Part shown: piece by piece, positions 18,387 through 27,146 of the stretch
Layout of the letters: each line of letters starts with the position of its first letter
Numbering within the stretch: position 1 is the stretch's first letter
Assembly (NCBI RefSeq): GCF_965227725.1
Contig: NZ_CBDDGH010000004.1
Location: forward strand, 78,536-142,535
Source of the DNA: Shimia sp.
GTDB taxonomy: Bacteria; Pseudomonadota; Alphaproteobacteria; Rhodobacterales; Rhodobacteraceae
Direction: 5' to 3'
DNA length: 64,000 nt
The notes under the pieces: generated by a model
Seen by the model: the letters and a program-made list of their open reading frames with translations, nothing else
Databases searched by the model: none
Told to the model about the DNA's origin: nothing
Translations under genes and position numbers: made by a program

Positions 18387-20066
18387 TTAGTTCGGCGCGA
18401 CCTTGATCTTCTCCGGTTTTGCCAGCCACTCCTTCCCCTTGAGCATGGCCTTCCAGTAGATCGGCGGCAGCATGGTCTCCTTCAAAAACCAGGCCGCCCG
18501 GCTGGGTTTGGTGCCATCCAGCAGGAAAGTGGGAAAACTGGGTTTGAGCACACCGCCATAGCCAAATTCCGCGAGCACAATCTTGCCGCGCTCCACCGTC
18601 AGCGGGCAGGAGCCATATCCGTCATAGGCCGAGGTTGGCGAGCGCCCCGCAATATCTGCCGCGATATTGTCGGCCACCGTCGGGGCCTGTTTGCGCGCGG
18701 CGGCGGCGGTCTTGGCATTTGGCGCATTCATCACATCGCCAAGGGACCAGATGTTGTCATAGCTCGTGTGACGCAAGGTAGCCTGATCCACATCGACCCA
18801 CCCCGCAGCATCCGCCAAGGGCGACACCCGAATGAAATCCGGCGCCACCTGCGGCGGGCAGACATGCATCATGTCAAATTCAACCGTGACCTCCGCAGGA
18901 TCGGTATCCGGCTGCGCCACTTTAAACGTAGCCGTCTTCGCAGCCCCATCCACCGCGACGAGGTTATGGAAGAAATTCAGCGTCGCGTCGTATTTCTCCA
19001 CATATTGCGAGAGCGCAGGGACATAATCCTTCACCCCGAAAAGCACCCCGCCAGCATTCATGAATTGAATGTCGATGTGCTCAAGCCGCCCATTGCGGTG
19101 CCAAGCATCCCCGGAAAGATACATCGCCTTCTGCGGCGCCCCCGCGCATTTGATCGGCATCGGCGGCTGGGTGAACAGCGCACGCCCCTCCTGCAACTCC
19201 TGCACCAGCTGCCAGGTATAAGGCGCCAGATCATAGCGGTAGTTTGAGGTCACCCCATTGCGGCCCAATGTCTCCTCAAGACCTTCAACGGCTTCCCAAT
19301 CCAGCTTCAGGCCCGGGCAGACCACCAGCCGGTCATATTTCACAACCCGGCAGCCATCCAGAATGACCGCATAGTTTTCCGGCTCAAACGCCGCCACTGC
19401 GGATTTGATCCAATGCACGCCTTTGGGAATGAGAGATCCCATGGTTTTGGCGGTGGTTTGCGCCTCAAACACACCACCTCCCACCATGGTCCAGCCGGGC
19501 TGATAGTAGTGGATGTCAGCAGGATCAATCACCGCGATATTGAGGCCCGATTGCCGAGCCTTCAGGCTGGCGGCAACCGCGATGCCCCCGGCACCTGCGC
19601 CAACGATCACCACCTCAAAATGCGCGTCTCCGGTATCTGTGGGGGTCTTGCCCCCATTTGAAATACGCCGCGCCACGCCGTTCATGTCATAGCCCGCCGC
19701 TTTGGTGGCCGCGAGAATCTCCGCCATCGGGCGCGATTTGGATCGATGGAAAGACCACAGCGTCGCCGAGCGCGTGCCGGTCCGGCAATAGGCCAGAACC
19801 GGGCGCTGGACCTCCTGCAAAACCGCGCCAAATGCCGCCACATCCTCATCGCGCACCATGCCCGATTGCACCGGCACATAGCGCGCCTCAATCCCTGCGG
19901 CCTTGGCCGCAGCCTCTATCTCCTCAAAGGAGGGCTGATCGCCTCCCTCACCATCGGGCCGATTGCACAGAATGGTGCGAAAGCCCTGCGCGGCAATCTC
20001 GGCAATATCATCGGCCACAATCTGCGGGCTGACCGAAACCTGATCGGTTAGTCGTTTGATGTTCAT
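18387..20066 (-). CDS. Bifunctional DUF442 (TIGR01244 PTP-like sulfur-transferase domain) / sulfide:quinone oxidoreductase-type FAD oxidoreductase
   Basis: The N-terminal ~110 aa carry NRPDGEGGDQP and the CX5R loop AYCRTGTRS. They are followed by the Rossmann FAD fold VVIVGAGAGGIAVA and an SQR-like body of about 420 aa. Confidence 0.85.
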   Translation of the reverse strand: MNIKRLTDQVSVSPQIVADDIAEIAAQGFRTILCNRPDGEGGDQPSFEEIEAAAKAAGIEARYVPVQSGMVRDEDVAAFGAVLQEVQRPVLAYCRTGTRSATLWSFHRSKSRPMAEILAATKAAGYDMNGVARRISNGGKTPTDTGDAHFEVVIVGAGAGGIAVAASLKARQSGLNIAVIDPADIHYYQPGWTMVGGGVFEAQTTAKTMGSLIPKGVHWIKSAVAAFEPENYAVILDGCRVVKYDRLVVCPGLKLDWEAVEGLEETLGRNGVTSNYRYDLAPYTWQLVQELQEGRALFTQPPMPIKCAGAPQKAMYLSGDAWHRNGRLEHIDIQFMNAGGVLFGVKDYVPALSQYVEKYDATLNFFHNLVAVDGAAKTATFKVAQPDTDPAEVTVEFDMMHVCPPQVAPDFIRVSPLADAAGWVDVDQATLRHTSYDNIWSLGDVMNAPNAKTAAAARKQAPTVADNIAADIAGRSPTSAYDGYGSCPLTVERGKIVLAEFGYGGVLKPSFPTFLLDGTKPSRAAWFLKETMLPPIYWKAMLKGKEWLAKPEKIKVAPN

Positions 20067-20123
20067 GTGAACCCCTCCTCCGGGCGGTTTTGACAGATCG
20101 CACGCCTCAGCGCGCAGCGCCGC

Positions 20124-21008
20124 TTACAGGCCGTTGACCGGCACCTTGAGCATCGGGTTGCCGTCTTTATCGGTCGGCACCTCCCCCGCGCGCATGTTCA
20201 CCTGCAGCGATGGAATGATGAGCTTTGGCATCGAGAGCTGCGCATCCCGCTCGGTGCGGAACCTGACAAACTCTTCCTTGGTCTTGCCTTGGCCAACATG
20301 GATATTGGCCGCTTTCTGCTCCGCCACCGAGGTTTCCCAGGCGATGGCACGGCCGCCGGGGCCATAATCGTGGCACATAAACAGCCGCGTCTCGTCCGGC
20401 AGCCCCAGCACTTTCATAATGCTCTCATAAAGCTCTTCTGCCGAGCCGCCGGGAAAGTCACAGCGGGCAGATCCGCCATCAGGCATAAAAAGCGTATCCC
20501 CGACAAAAGCCGCATCGCCCATCACATGCACCATGCAGGCGGGTGTGTGCCCCGGCGTATACATGGCAAAGCACTGCATATTGCCGACCATATAGGTGTC
20601 GCCATCCTCAAACAGCGCATCAAACTGCGACCCGTCGCGCTGAAATTCGGTGCCTTCGTTGAACACCTTGCCAAACACGTTCTGCACCACGGTGATCTTG
20701 GAGCCGACCCCGATTTTCCCGCCCAACCGCTCTTGCAGATAAGGCGCCGCGCTCAGGTGGTCGGCATGCACGTGGGTCTCAATGATCCACTCCAGCTTAA
20801 GACCCTGTGTCTCGATCTGGCGGATCAACTCGTCTGCGTGATCAAAGGTGATACGCCCAGCGGCATAGTCGATGTCCATCACCGAATCCACGATCGCGCA
20901 GCTCTTTGACGACGGGTCTTTGACAATGTAGCTGATGGTGTTGGTCGCCTCGTCAAAGAACGCCTGCACCTCAGGTTTCACGGTGATGTTGACGGGATAA
21001 TCAGTCAT
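20124..21008 (-). CDS. MBL-fold metallo-hydrolase, persulfide dioxygenase (ETHE1-like)
   Basis: Track ORF trimmed to ATG 21008 (MTDYPVNITVKPEV...), with GAGGAG upstream. The metal motif is ETHVHADH. The genomic context is SQR and DUF2892. Confidence 0.85.
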   Translation of the reverse strand: MTDYPVNITVKPEVQAFFDEATNTISYIVKDPSSKSCAIVDSVMDIDYAAGRITFDHADELIRQIETQGLKLEWIIETHVHADHLSAAPYLQERLGGKIGVGSKITVVQNVFGKVFNEGTEFQRDGSQFDALFEDGDTYMVGNMQCFAMYTPGHTPACMVHVMGDAAFVGDTLFMPDGGSARCDFPGGSAEELYESIMKVLGLPDETRLFMCHDYGPGGRAIAWETSVAEQKAANIHVGQGKTKEEFVRFRTERDAQLSMPKLIIPSLQVNMRAGEVPTDKDGNPMLKVPVNGL

Positions 21009-21226
21009 AGGTTTCTCCTCCTCAGGACGCGCCCCGCGCCCTTGGTCTTCCAAATCAGTGACAGCATCTGAGAATGCGTATGGCCTGAAAGCGCGCCTCG
21101 ACAGCCGCACCGCTGGCGCGCGGCCCCGGCAATCTTCCCGCCGAAGCCAAACGCATCTGGGTGTGGTGCAGAGCGCATAAGGCAGCCTTTAAGGAAGGCC
21201 CCTCGCGCCCTTGGCCCGCATGTGGA

Positions 21227-21433
21227 TCAGCAGTCGCGGCAGGTCTTGAGGCCGACAATGCGATAAAGCGGGCAATTCCCGACAAATGCCGTCAGCGTGA
21301 ACACAGCGGCAACTGCCAAGGCAATCCAGAAAAGGACACCACCAATAAGGCCTGCAACCAGCGCCAGATGCACCAACGCCGCCGCGATGATCAGACGGCC
21401 GCCGCGGTCGATCATTCCCATGTTCTTCATCAT
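21227..21433 (-). CDS. DUF2892 (YgaP-like) small membrane protein
   Basis: The 3' part of track ORF 21227..21667, started at MMKNMGMIDRGGRLIIAAALVHLALV... (68 aa). It has two TM helices and the C-terminal GNCPLY motif typical of DUF2892. Confidence 0.7.
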   Translation of the reverse strand: MMKNMGMIDRGGRLIIAAALVHLALVAGLIGGVLFWIALAVAAVFTLTAFVGNCPLYRIVGLKTCRDC

Positions 21434-21491
21434 TTTTCGTCTCCAGGTCGAATCGTTGCCTGGCCACATTCGCATGGGGCGCGCGGAGACT

Positions 21492-21510
21492 TTGGTGACA
21501 TGGTCACCAA
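21492..21510. promoter_or_regulatory. Perfect 8-3-8 palindrome TTGGTGAC-ATG-GTCACCAA, candidate operator for the adjacent Crp/Fnr regulator
   Basis: Read directly from the sequence. It lies 59 bp upstream of the DUF2892 start codon and 70 bp downstream of the Crp/Fnr gene stop. It contains GTGA...TCAC half-sites like CRP-family boxes, but with 5-nt rather than 6-nt core spacing. Confidence 0.4.
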
Positions 21511-21579
21511 GCAATCGAATTTCATGAAATCTGGCGGGATTTTCGCCCTGCGTACCTTCGCCACAGGGCTCCAGAGGTC

Positions 21580-22254
21580 TTACCGATGCGCGCCTGAGGT
21601 CTTCACAAGGTGCTCCAGCCCTTCGCGTTCCAAAAGCTTTACCTCGCCGCGGGACTGTTCCACCCATCCCCGCCGCTGGAATTCCGATAGCGTGCGCGAA
21701 ATGACCTCCCGCGCCGTGCCCAATTCTGTGCCCAACGCGGCATGGGTCGCATGCACAACATCGCCCGCATCCGCGAGTTCCAGCAAACGGGACGCCAGCC
21801 GCACATCCATCCGCTGAAAGACAATATCGTCAATCAGCGTGAACAGATCGGTGATCCGGCGCGAATAGGCGGTGAACACAAATTCCCGAAACACCGGCGA
21901 CTTGCCAACAAGATCATCAAAGGTCGCGCGCGGTATCGCCACCGCTTTCACATCGGTCTCCGCAGCGCCTTCCGCCGAGTAATCCTCAAAGGCCAGCATA
22001 CAGGCGGTGGTGAGCACACAGCTTTCCCCCGCATGCACCCGATACAGAAACACCTCGCGCCCGGTGTCCGACCTTTGCTGCACCTTCACCGTGCCATCCA
22101 GAAGCAACCACAGATTGTCAGCCGTCTGCCCCGGCGCAAAGATCTGCGTGCCTGCCGGAACCGAAACAATCTCGCTGCCCGCCTCCAACGCCGCCCGTAT
22201 ATCTGCAGGCAAGCGGCTCAGGCCATTGAACTTTTCAATCCAATTCTCTTCCAT
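21580..22254 (-). CDS. Crp/Fnr family transcriptional regulator
   Basis: 224-aa ORF. It has an N-terminal cNMP-binding-like beta-barrel (WLLLDGTVKVQQRSDTGREVFLYRV) and a C-terminal HTH (THAALGTELGTAREVISRTLSEFQRRGWV). No N-terminal Cys cluster of true FNR is seen. Confidence 0.85.
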   Translation of the reverse strand: MEENWIEKFNGLSRLPADIRAALEAGSEIVSVPAGTQIFAPGQTADNLWLLLDGTVKVQQRSDTGREVFLYRVHAGESCVLTTACMLAFEDYSAEGAAETDVKAVAIPRATFDDLVGKSPVFREFVFTAYSRRITDLFTLIDDIVFQRMDVRLASRLLELADAGDVVHATHAALGTELGTAREVISRTLSEFQRRGWVEQSRGEVKLLEREGLEHLVKTSGAHR

Positions 22255-22457
22255 CAGTATGCCCCCTCAGATGATCCCGCCTGTGTCTTAGTGCATCCTG
22301 AATTGCGGGTCCATTGGGTCCGGAGCAAGGCCAAGGGATGCGAGTTTAATCGCCGATACAGTGTGCCATAGGTCGCTCAAACCGCCCCAACTAACCTAAA
22401 GTATAGCCGCCTTGCCTTAGGGCTATTTGCATTCACCCTCTGCCACCCAATCGCTAA

Positions 22458-23525
22458 ATGAATACGACGGTATACAAACATCACAGCAAGAACGCTGACG
22501 GTCCCCCAGACCCGAACCAGAATGGTTCTCTTCCTGAGTTCACCCATCCCACGGAGAGACCCGCTATGAAACCGATGACCGCCAACCAGATCGTTCTTGC
22601 CACCGCCCCCACAAAGACCAACGACGCCCCGCGCCTCAATGTCATGCAGATCATCCTGCTCAATCTTGGCTGCTCCCTTTTGCTGGCAATCTCCGCCGCC
22701 GTAATGGGAGCCACCTGGATCAGCGCCCCGGTTCTGGGCTGGCTTGGTGGCGGCATCGCCACTTTGGTGATCACAGCAATCTTTGTGGCGCTCGAACCGA
22801 CCACATCCAAGCGGACGCTCAAGTCCCTGGAGGCGGAAGAAGACAGCCTTGTCGCCCTTTCGGAATGGGACACAGACGCCGCAAAAGAACATGCCTTGGC
22901 TTTGAAAGTTGACGAGGCCCTCCAAGACGATTTTATGCGCCGCCTCAACGACTTCAACACCATCGAAGAGTTTCTGGAAACCCAAACAGCAGGCGGAGAA
23001 TGCACCTCGGTCTCCCAGTTGGATGGTTACCTCACAGGCGTGATCTGCTCCCCTCAATCCGTCCCAGCCTATGAATGGCTGCATGTCGCCCTGGGTGCCC
23101 CAGAGGATCTTCCCGAAAGTGTCATCATCGCGGTTGGCGGCCTCTATGACGACATTCTGGCAGGCCTCGAAGAAAGCAAACACCTCGCGCCGGTGTTTGA
23201 CGAAACCGCAGAGGGCGCCATGGACCCAACCTCCTGGTGCGCCGGTTTCCTCGCCGCCGCCGCCCTGCGCCCGGACAGCTGGACCGCCAACGGCCTCCAC
23301 CTGAGCCATCAAGACTTCCTGCTCCCCCTGCTCGACTTCCTCAACGACGGCAAAATCCACGTCTCGCACCGGACCAATGCCATCGACACCTTCGCCTTCG
23401 CCGACCGCGACATCCTCGTCGACCTGATCCCCTTCGTCGTGCCGATGATGTATCACGAATTCAAACTGCAAGCCCCGGTACAGGCACGCGCAGGCAAAGA
23501 CATCACGGACTTTGCGGTTGCGTAA
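22458..23525 (+). CDS. UPF0149 / YecA-N family protein with N-terminal transmembrane extension
   Basis: 355-aa ORF. The UPF0149 hallmark is SQLDGYLTGVICSPQSVPAYEWLHVALG ... PTSWCAGFLAAAALRPD. Residues ~60-115 form two hydrophobic helices. The start codon is uncertain. Confidence 0.65.
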   Translation: MNTTVYKHHSKNADGPPDPNQNGSLPEFTHPTERPAMKPMTANQIVLATAPTKTNDAPRLNVMQIILLNLGCSLLLAISAAVMGATWISAPVLGWLGGGIATLVITAIFVALEPTTSKRTLKSLEAEEDSLVALSEWDTDAAKEHALALKVDEALQDDFMRRLNDFNTIEEFLETQTAGGECTSVSQLDGYLTGVICSPQSVPAYEWLHVALGAPEDLPESVIIAVGGLYDDILAGLEESKHLAPVFDETAEGAMDPTSWCAGFLAAAALRPDSWTANGLHLSHQDFLLPLLDFLNDGKIHVSHRTNAIDTFAFADRDILVDLIPFVVPMMYHEFKLQAPVQARAGKDITDFAVA

Positions 23526-23655
23526 CCTTGGAGCGTGGCGGTGGCGCTGGGGCAGGTTGCTCCAACGCAATCTCCTTCTTCGCATCCGTAAGTCTTGTTG
23601 CTGTCATTGCCTCTGCTCCTTCTCTCAACCAAGGATTGGTCACGGTAGACTCTAG

Positions 23656-23837
23656 TCACAAATGGCAGGAAATGCGGGTCGCCGAGCAGGTGTCAGCAAT
23701 CCAGAACATGCCAGCAAGAACAAGGCGATGATCGGCAGACTTGCAGGCATTCAGGACACGGGCCGCAAGAAAAAGTGCTCAAGCAGCGACCATTCATCGT
23801 CGCCCCCCGCCCGGCCTCGAGGCAAGCTGGTCTCCAT
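23656..23837 (-). pseudogene. IS5-family (DUF4096-type) transposase N-terminal relic, frameshifted
   Basis: Codon-by-codon hand translation gives METSLPRGRAGGDDEWSLLEHFFLRPVS*. After a frameshift it reads LNACKSADHRLVLAGMFWIADTCSATRISCHL*. This resembles the TDxxWxLIEPLLP...DDRxxLxGIxxVLRTGxPWRDLP N-terminus of IS5-group transposases. No catalytic domain follows. Confidence 0.4.
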
Positions 23838-23879
23838 TGCGCAGACATCGCTCTAAAGCATGTCCAGCCCGCTACAGTT

Positions 23880-24515
23880 TTAGGAACTTTCTATTGAGCG
23901 GCGTCCCTCCGGGGATTGCGATGCTCTTATTGCTGCCAAGTGCCTATCTTTGTCGGCCCGGAATTGCGCAGCCGTGTATTCAAAAAATACATCCTGTGCA
24001 TCTCGTCCGGTCTCAACCGCCCCAAAGCGTCTATGGAAGGCCAATGTGCGGGCGTTGTCTAAGCGCACGTCAAAAACAGACTTACTGAGCCCCAGTTCTT
24101 CAAAGCCTTTGACATATATCAGCAGAGCGCTTTCAAGCGCCGCCTTGGGCGTTTTGTTCTGGTCAAGGATCCAACTGCCCCAGGTAAACTGGCTCTTCTC
24201 AATGTCGTAAAGCCGCACCAACCCGCAGGGGCGCGCATCCGAGCGTCGCTCGATAACATAGTAATACTCGACGCCCGCCGCTTCACGGGTTTTGTACCGG
24301 TGCAGCCAGTCTTCCTGATCTTGGACCGTGCCATTCACCGCCGACAGATGTAGATTGTATGTGGGATCCATCCGCAGCTGGTGAATATAGCCAGCATCGC
24401 TCGGCTGAGCGAGGCGTAGGTTAAGCCACTTGCCTTCCAAGATGACTGCGCGCGTGTCGCGACTGGAGTGGGCATCCATATTGGTGTGCGGAGCGGGTCC
24501 ACAGTATTCGGTCAT
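23880..24515 (-). CDS. GNAT family N-acetyltransferase (likely amino-sugar N-acetyltransferase)
   Basis: The track ORF 23880..24584 begins with a TTG. I use ATG 24515; ATG 24479 is equally possible and neither has a clear RBS. GNAT-like core: YYYVIERRSDARPCGLVRLYD ... NARTLAFHRRFGAVETG. The gene is divergent from the DegT aminotransferase. Confidence 0.65.
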   Translation of the reverse strand: MTEYCGPAPHTNMDAHSSRDTRAVILEGKWLNLRLAQPSDAGYIHQLRMDPTYNLHLSAVNGTVQDQEDWLHRYKTREAAGVEYYYVIERRSDARPCGLVRLYDIEKSQFTWGSWILDQNKTPKAALESALLIYVKGFEELGLSKSVFDVRLDNARTLAFHRRFGAVETGRDAQDVFFEYTAAQFRADKDRHLAAIRASQSPEGRRSIESS

Positions 24516-24627
24516 GGGTCGAAGTCCAGAGTGGGGGTATTTGCAATGAGGAAAAATTATCGCATTCCCTATCCCCCAAAACAAGTTTACAGAAGCACAG
24601 GAAATTAACGTCCCTGATCATAAATGG

Positions 24628-25737
24628 ATGGAAATGGCGCAAATTCCTTTTCTTGACCTGCGCGCCGGATATCTGGAGCTGCAAACTGATATCGACGCTG
24701 CGGTGGCCCGTGTCCTAAATAGCGGGCACTATATTCTTGGCCCGGAAGTCAGCGCCTTTGAAGAAGCCTACGCGACTTACTGCGGTGCAGCGCACTGCTT
24801 GGGTGTGGGCAATGGGCTGGACGCTCTGTGTCTGAGCCTTCGAGCCCTTGGCGTCAAGGCTGGCGATGAAGTGATCGTTCCGTCTCATACCTTTGTGGCA
24901 ACCTGGCTTGCGGTTTCCGCAGTGGGGGCTACCCCGGTGCCGGTCGAACCAGACCCACAGACCTATAATATTGATACGTCGCGTATTGATGACGCTGTCA
25001 CCGAAAGAACTCGGGCGATCATTGCCGTGCATCTATATGGCCAGCCAGCGGATCTTGACCCCCTATTGGCTGTTGCTCGCAGGTTAGGCGTTCCGCTGAT
25101 TGAAGATGCGGCGCAGTCCCATGGAGCCACCTACAAAAATCACCGTATCGGTGCTCATGGGGACGTGGTTTGCTGGAGTTTCTACCCCGGCAAGAACCTA
25201 GGCGCCCTTGGAGACGGGGGCGCAGTCACCACAAACCGCGCAGATATTGCCGAACGCGTGCGCACCATTGGCAACTATGGCTCTCGCGAGAAATACGTCA
25301 ACGAGGTCATAGGAACCAACAGCCGTCTGGACCCACTGCAGGCCGCGATCCTGAACGTCAAGCTGAAGCACTTGAACCAATGGACAGAGGCCCGTCGCCG
25401 CCTTGCAGATCGCTATAGCAACTCGCTACAAGGCGTTATACGCCCGCATGTCCCGGACTGGGCCAATCCCGTTTGGCATCTCTATGTGATCCGGCATCCC
25501 CAGCGCGATACTCTGATGAAGAAACTTGCCGAAGAAGGCATCACCACGCTGATACACTACCCAATTGCACCACATCAGCAGCAAGCCTACACACAGCAGG
25601 GCCACGCAAAAGGGGCCTTTCCCCTGGCGGAACAATTTGCAGATGAATTGCTCAGCCTACCTATCGGACCACAGATGCCCGAGGCAGATCAGGACAGGGT
25701 CATCGAAACCGTGAACCGCCTGACCGATGCTCTGTGA
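24628..25737 (+). CDS. DegT/DnrJ/EryC1/StrS family aminotransferase (FdtB/WecE-like dTDP-keto-sugar transaminase)
   Basis: 369-aa ORF. The N-terminus (M)AQIPFLDLRAGYLELQTDIDAAV..VLNSGHYILGPEV..FE and the SFYPGKNLGALGDGGAV block (PLP lysine region) are typical. An alternative ATG lies at 24634. Confidence 0.9.
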   Translation: MEMAQIPFLDLRAGYLELQTDIDAAVARVLNSGHYILGPEVSAFEEAYATYCGAAHCLGVGNGLDALCLSLRALGVKAGDEVIVPSHTFVATWLAVSAVGATPVPVEPDPQTYNIDTSRIDDAVTERTRAIIAVHLYGQPADLDPLLAVARRLGVPLIEDAAQSHGATYKNHRIGAHGDVVCWSFYPGKNLGALGDGGAVTTNRADIAERVRTIGNYGSREKYVNEVIGTNSRLDPLQAAILNVKLKHLNQWTEARRRLADRYSNSLQGVIRPHVPDWANPVWHLYVIRHPQRDTLMKKLAEEGITTLIHYPIAPHQQQAYTQQGHAKGAFPLAEQFADELLSLPIGPQMPEADQDRVIETVNRLTDAL

Positions 25738-25758
25738 TGGCTGGGTTAGAAGCATAAG

Positions 25759-26727
25759 ATGGCGCAGCTCTCTTTATCCTACATTCTACTGACCTATAAT
25801 CAGAAGAACACCGTTCGCGAGGCAGTTGTCAGCGCTCTGAAACAGGATGTGCCAGACCTGGAAATTGTCATTACAGACGATCATTCTACCGATGGCACCT
25901 TCGATGAAATCGAAGCCGTCGTGGCAGCTTACAACGGCCCCCATAGGATCATTTTGAACCGCAATCCAAAGAACTTGGGCTTGGCTGGCAATATTGACAT
26001 GGCACATCGTCTCAGTTCGGGGGATGTTCTGGTTGCCGCCGCTGGGGACGACCTATCATATCCTCAGCGCTGCCGCCGCATCCAAGAGGCTTTCAGCCGA
26101 GGTTCGCCGCTTTTGGTATGCTCTTATGTCCAAGCGATTGACCCCGAAGGCAATCCGGTGCCTGGGGATTTCCGTACTGCATTGTTTTATCGCAGCTGGA
26201 ATTTGACACAGGCAGCCAAATCAAAGGCGCTTTACATAGGGGCAACCGGAGCATGGCACCGCAGCCTCTATGAGAACTATGGCCCGATGGATCCAACAGC
26301 CTACGAAGACCTTGTCTTCGGGTTTCGTGCGGCGCTGGAAGATCGTGTCACTGTCTTGGAAGAAGAGTTGGTGCAGTATCGTCTGGGCCTGGGCCTGACC
26401 TCCTCCGACTTTTCCCACGCGGACATAGCAGCCTTTGAAGAGAAGCGCAGAAAAGGTTTTCTCGCGCATAAGGGCGTGATGCACCAGCGGATAAAGGACG
26501 CAGAAAACTTTGGACTGAGCGGCAGCTCTGAGGTCTTACGTGTCCTGCGAAGAGCACAGATCAAGGCCGCGCTTGGGCTGGCCTATTACGAAAATCAATC
26601 CGGTGCCTTCACCAGCTTGCTTCTGAGACATCCATTGCTGGGACTGGCGACTTGGCGATCGGAACGCCGCCGCAGAAACAAGTTACGCCAACAGCTACAA
26701 GCGCAGGCAGTCGGCCGTGACGGCTGA
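25759..26727 (+). CDS. Glycosyltransferase family 2
   Basis: 322-aa ORF with the GT2 N-terminal motif SYILLTYNQKNTVREAVVSALKQDVPDLEIVITDDHSTDGT and a DxD-like AAAGDD. Confidence 0.85.
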   Translation: MAQLSLSYILLTYNQKNTVREAVVSALKQDVPDLEIVITDDHSTDGTFDEIEAVVAAYNGPHRIILNRNPKNLGLAGNIDMAHRLSSGDVLVAAAGDDLSYPQRCRRIQEAFSRGSPLLVCSYVQAIDPEGNPVPGDFRTALFYRSWNLTQAAKSKALYIGATGAWHRSLYENYGPMDPTAYEDLVFGFRAALEDRVTVLEEELVQYRLGLGLTSSDFSHADIAAFEEKRRKGFLAHKGVMHQRIKDAENFGLSGSSEVLRVLRRAQIKAALGLAYYENQSGAFTSLLLRHPLLGLATWRSERRRRNKLRQQLQAQAVGRDG

Positions 26728-27146
26728 AATCACGGTTTTAACGCCCATCTATGATGGCACAATATGCCTGACAGAGACGCTGCATCCAGTGCGGCAGGCT
26801 GGTTTGGATTTTGAATTTCTGTGCTCTAATGAGCCTTCGAAAGCAATGCATCTCGCCGTTCAGAAGACGAACGGCTTCTGCTGTCCCAGTTTCACCGCCT
26901 TGCACTGCAATCCAATGTCTGGTTTCGCTTGCTAGCGTGTATCTAAACTTTTTCTCAAAAAGGAAACCCAAGAGGCCATACCGTTAAGCGCCATAATCCC
27001 GCTTTGGATTGGGGTGTTACCTGCCCCCGAAAGGTTGCTTACGGCCTGTTGAAAGTGAGTAAGATACAAACTTGTCAGACTTGATTGCGTTTTGGTAGTT
27101 GGCATTTCGTGATCTCAATTATGAAGTAAATCAGGAAACCTTCAAA

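Noticed and set aside
22377-23585. 402-aa minus-strand ORF opposite the UPF0149 gene. The same kind of ORF occurs at 2760..3632, 4194..5195, 15060..16424, 48469..49599, 50777..52183, 53555..54667, 59915..61054 and 62829..63941.
   Set aside because: Each is the mirror frame of a sense ORF with clear family signatures: map, OYE, MCP, hisD, murA, Hint, BMP-SBP, amidohydrolase. None has motifs or a plausible RBS.
26738-26971. 77-aa minus-strand ORF between the GT2 and FdtA genes (…WIAVQGGETGTAEAVRLLNGEMH…), with a further protein-like frame just upstream (GAGNTPIQSGIMALNGMASWVS).
   Set aside because: It looks like a frameshifted remnant of a sugar-modifying gene, but I cannot assign a family or a continuous frame. 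It is not reported as a feature.
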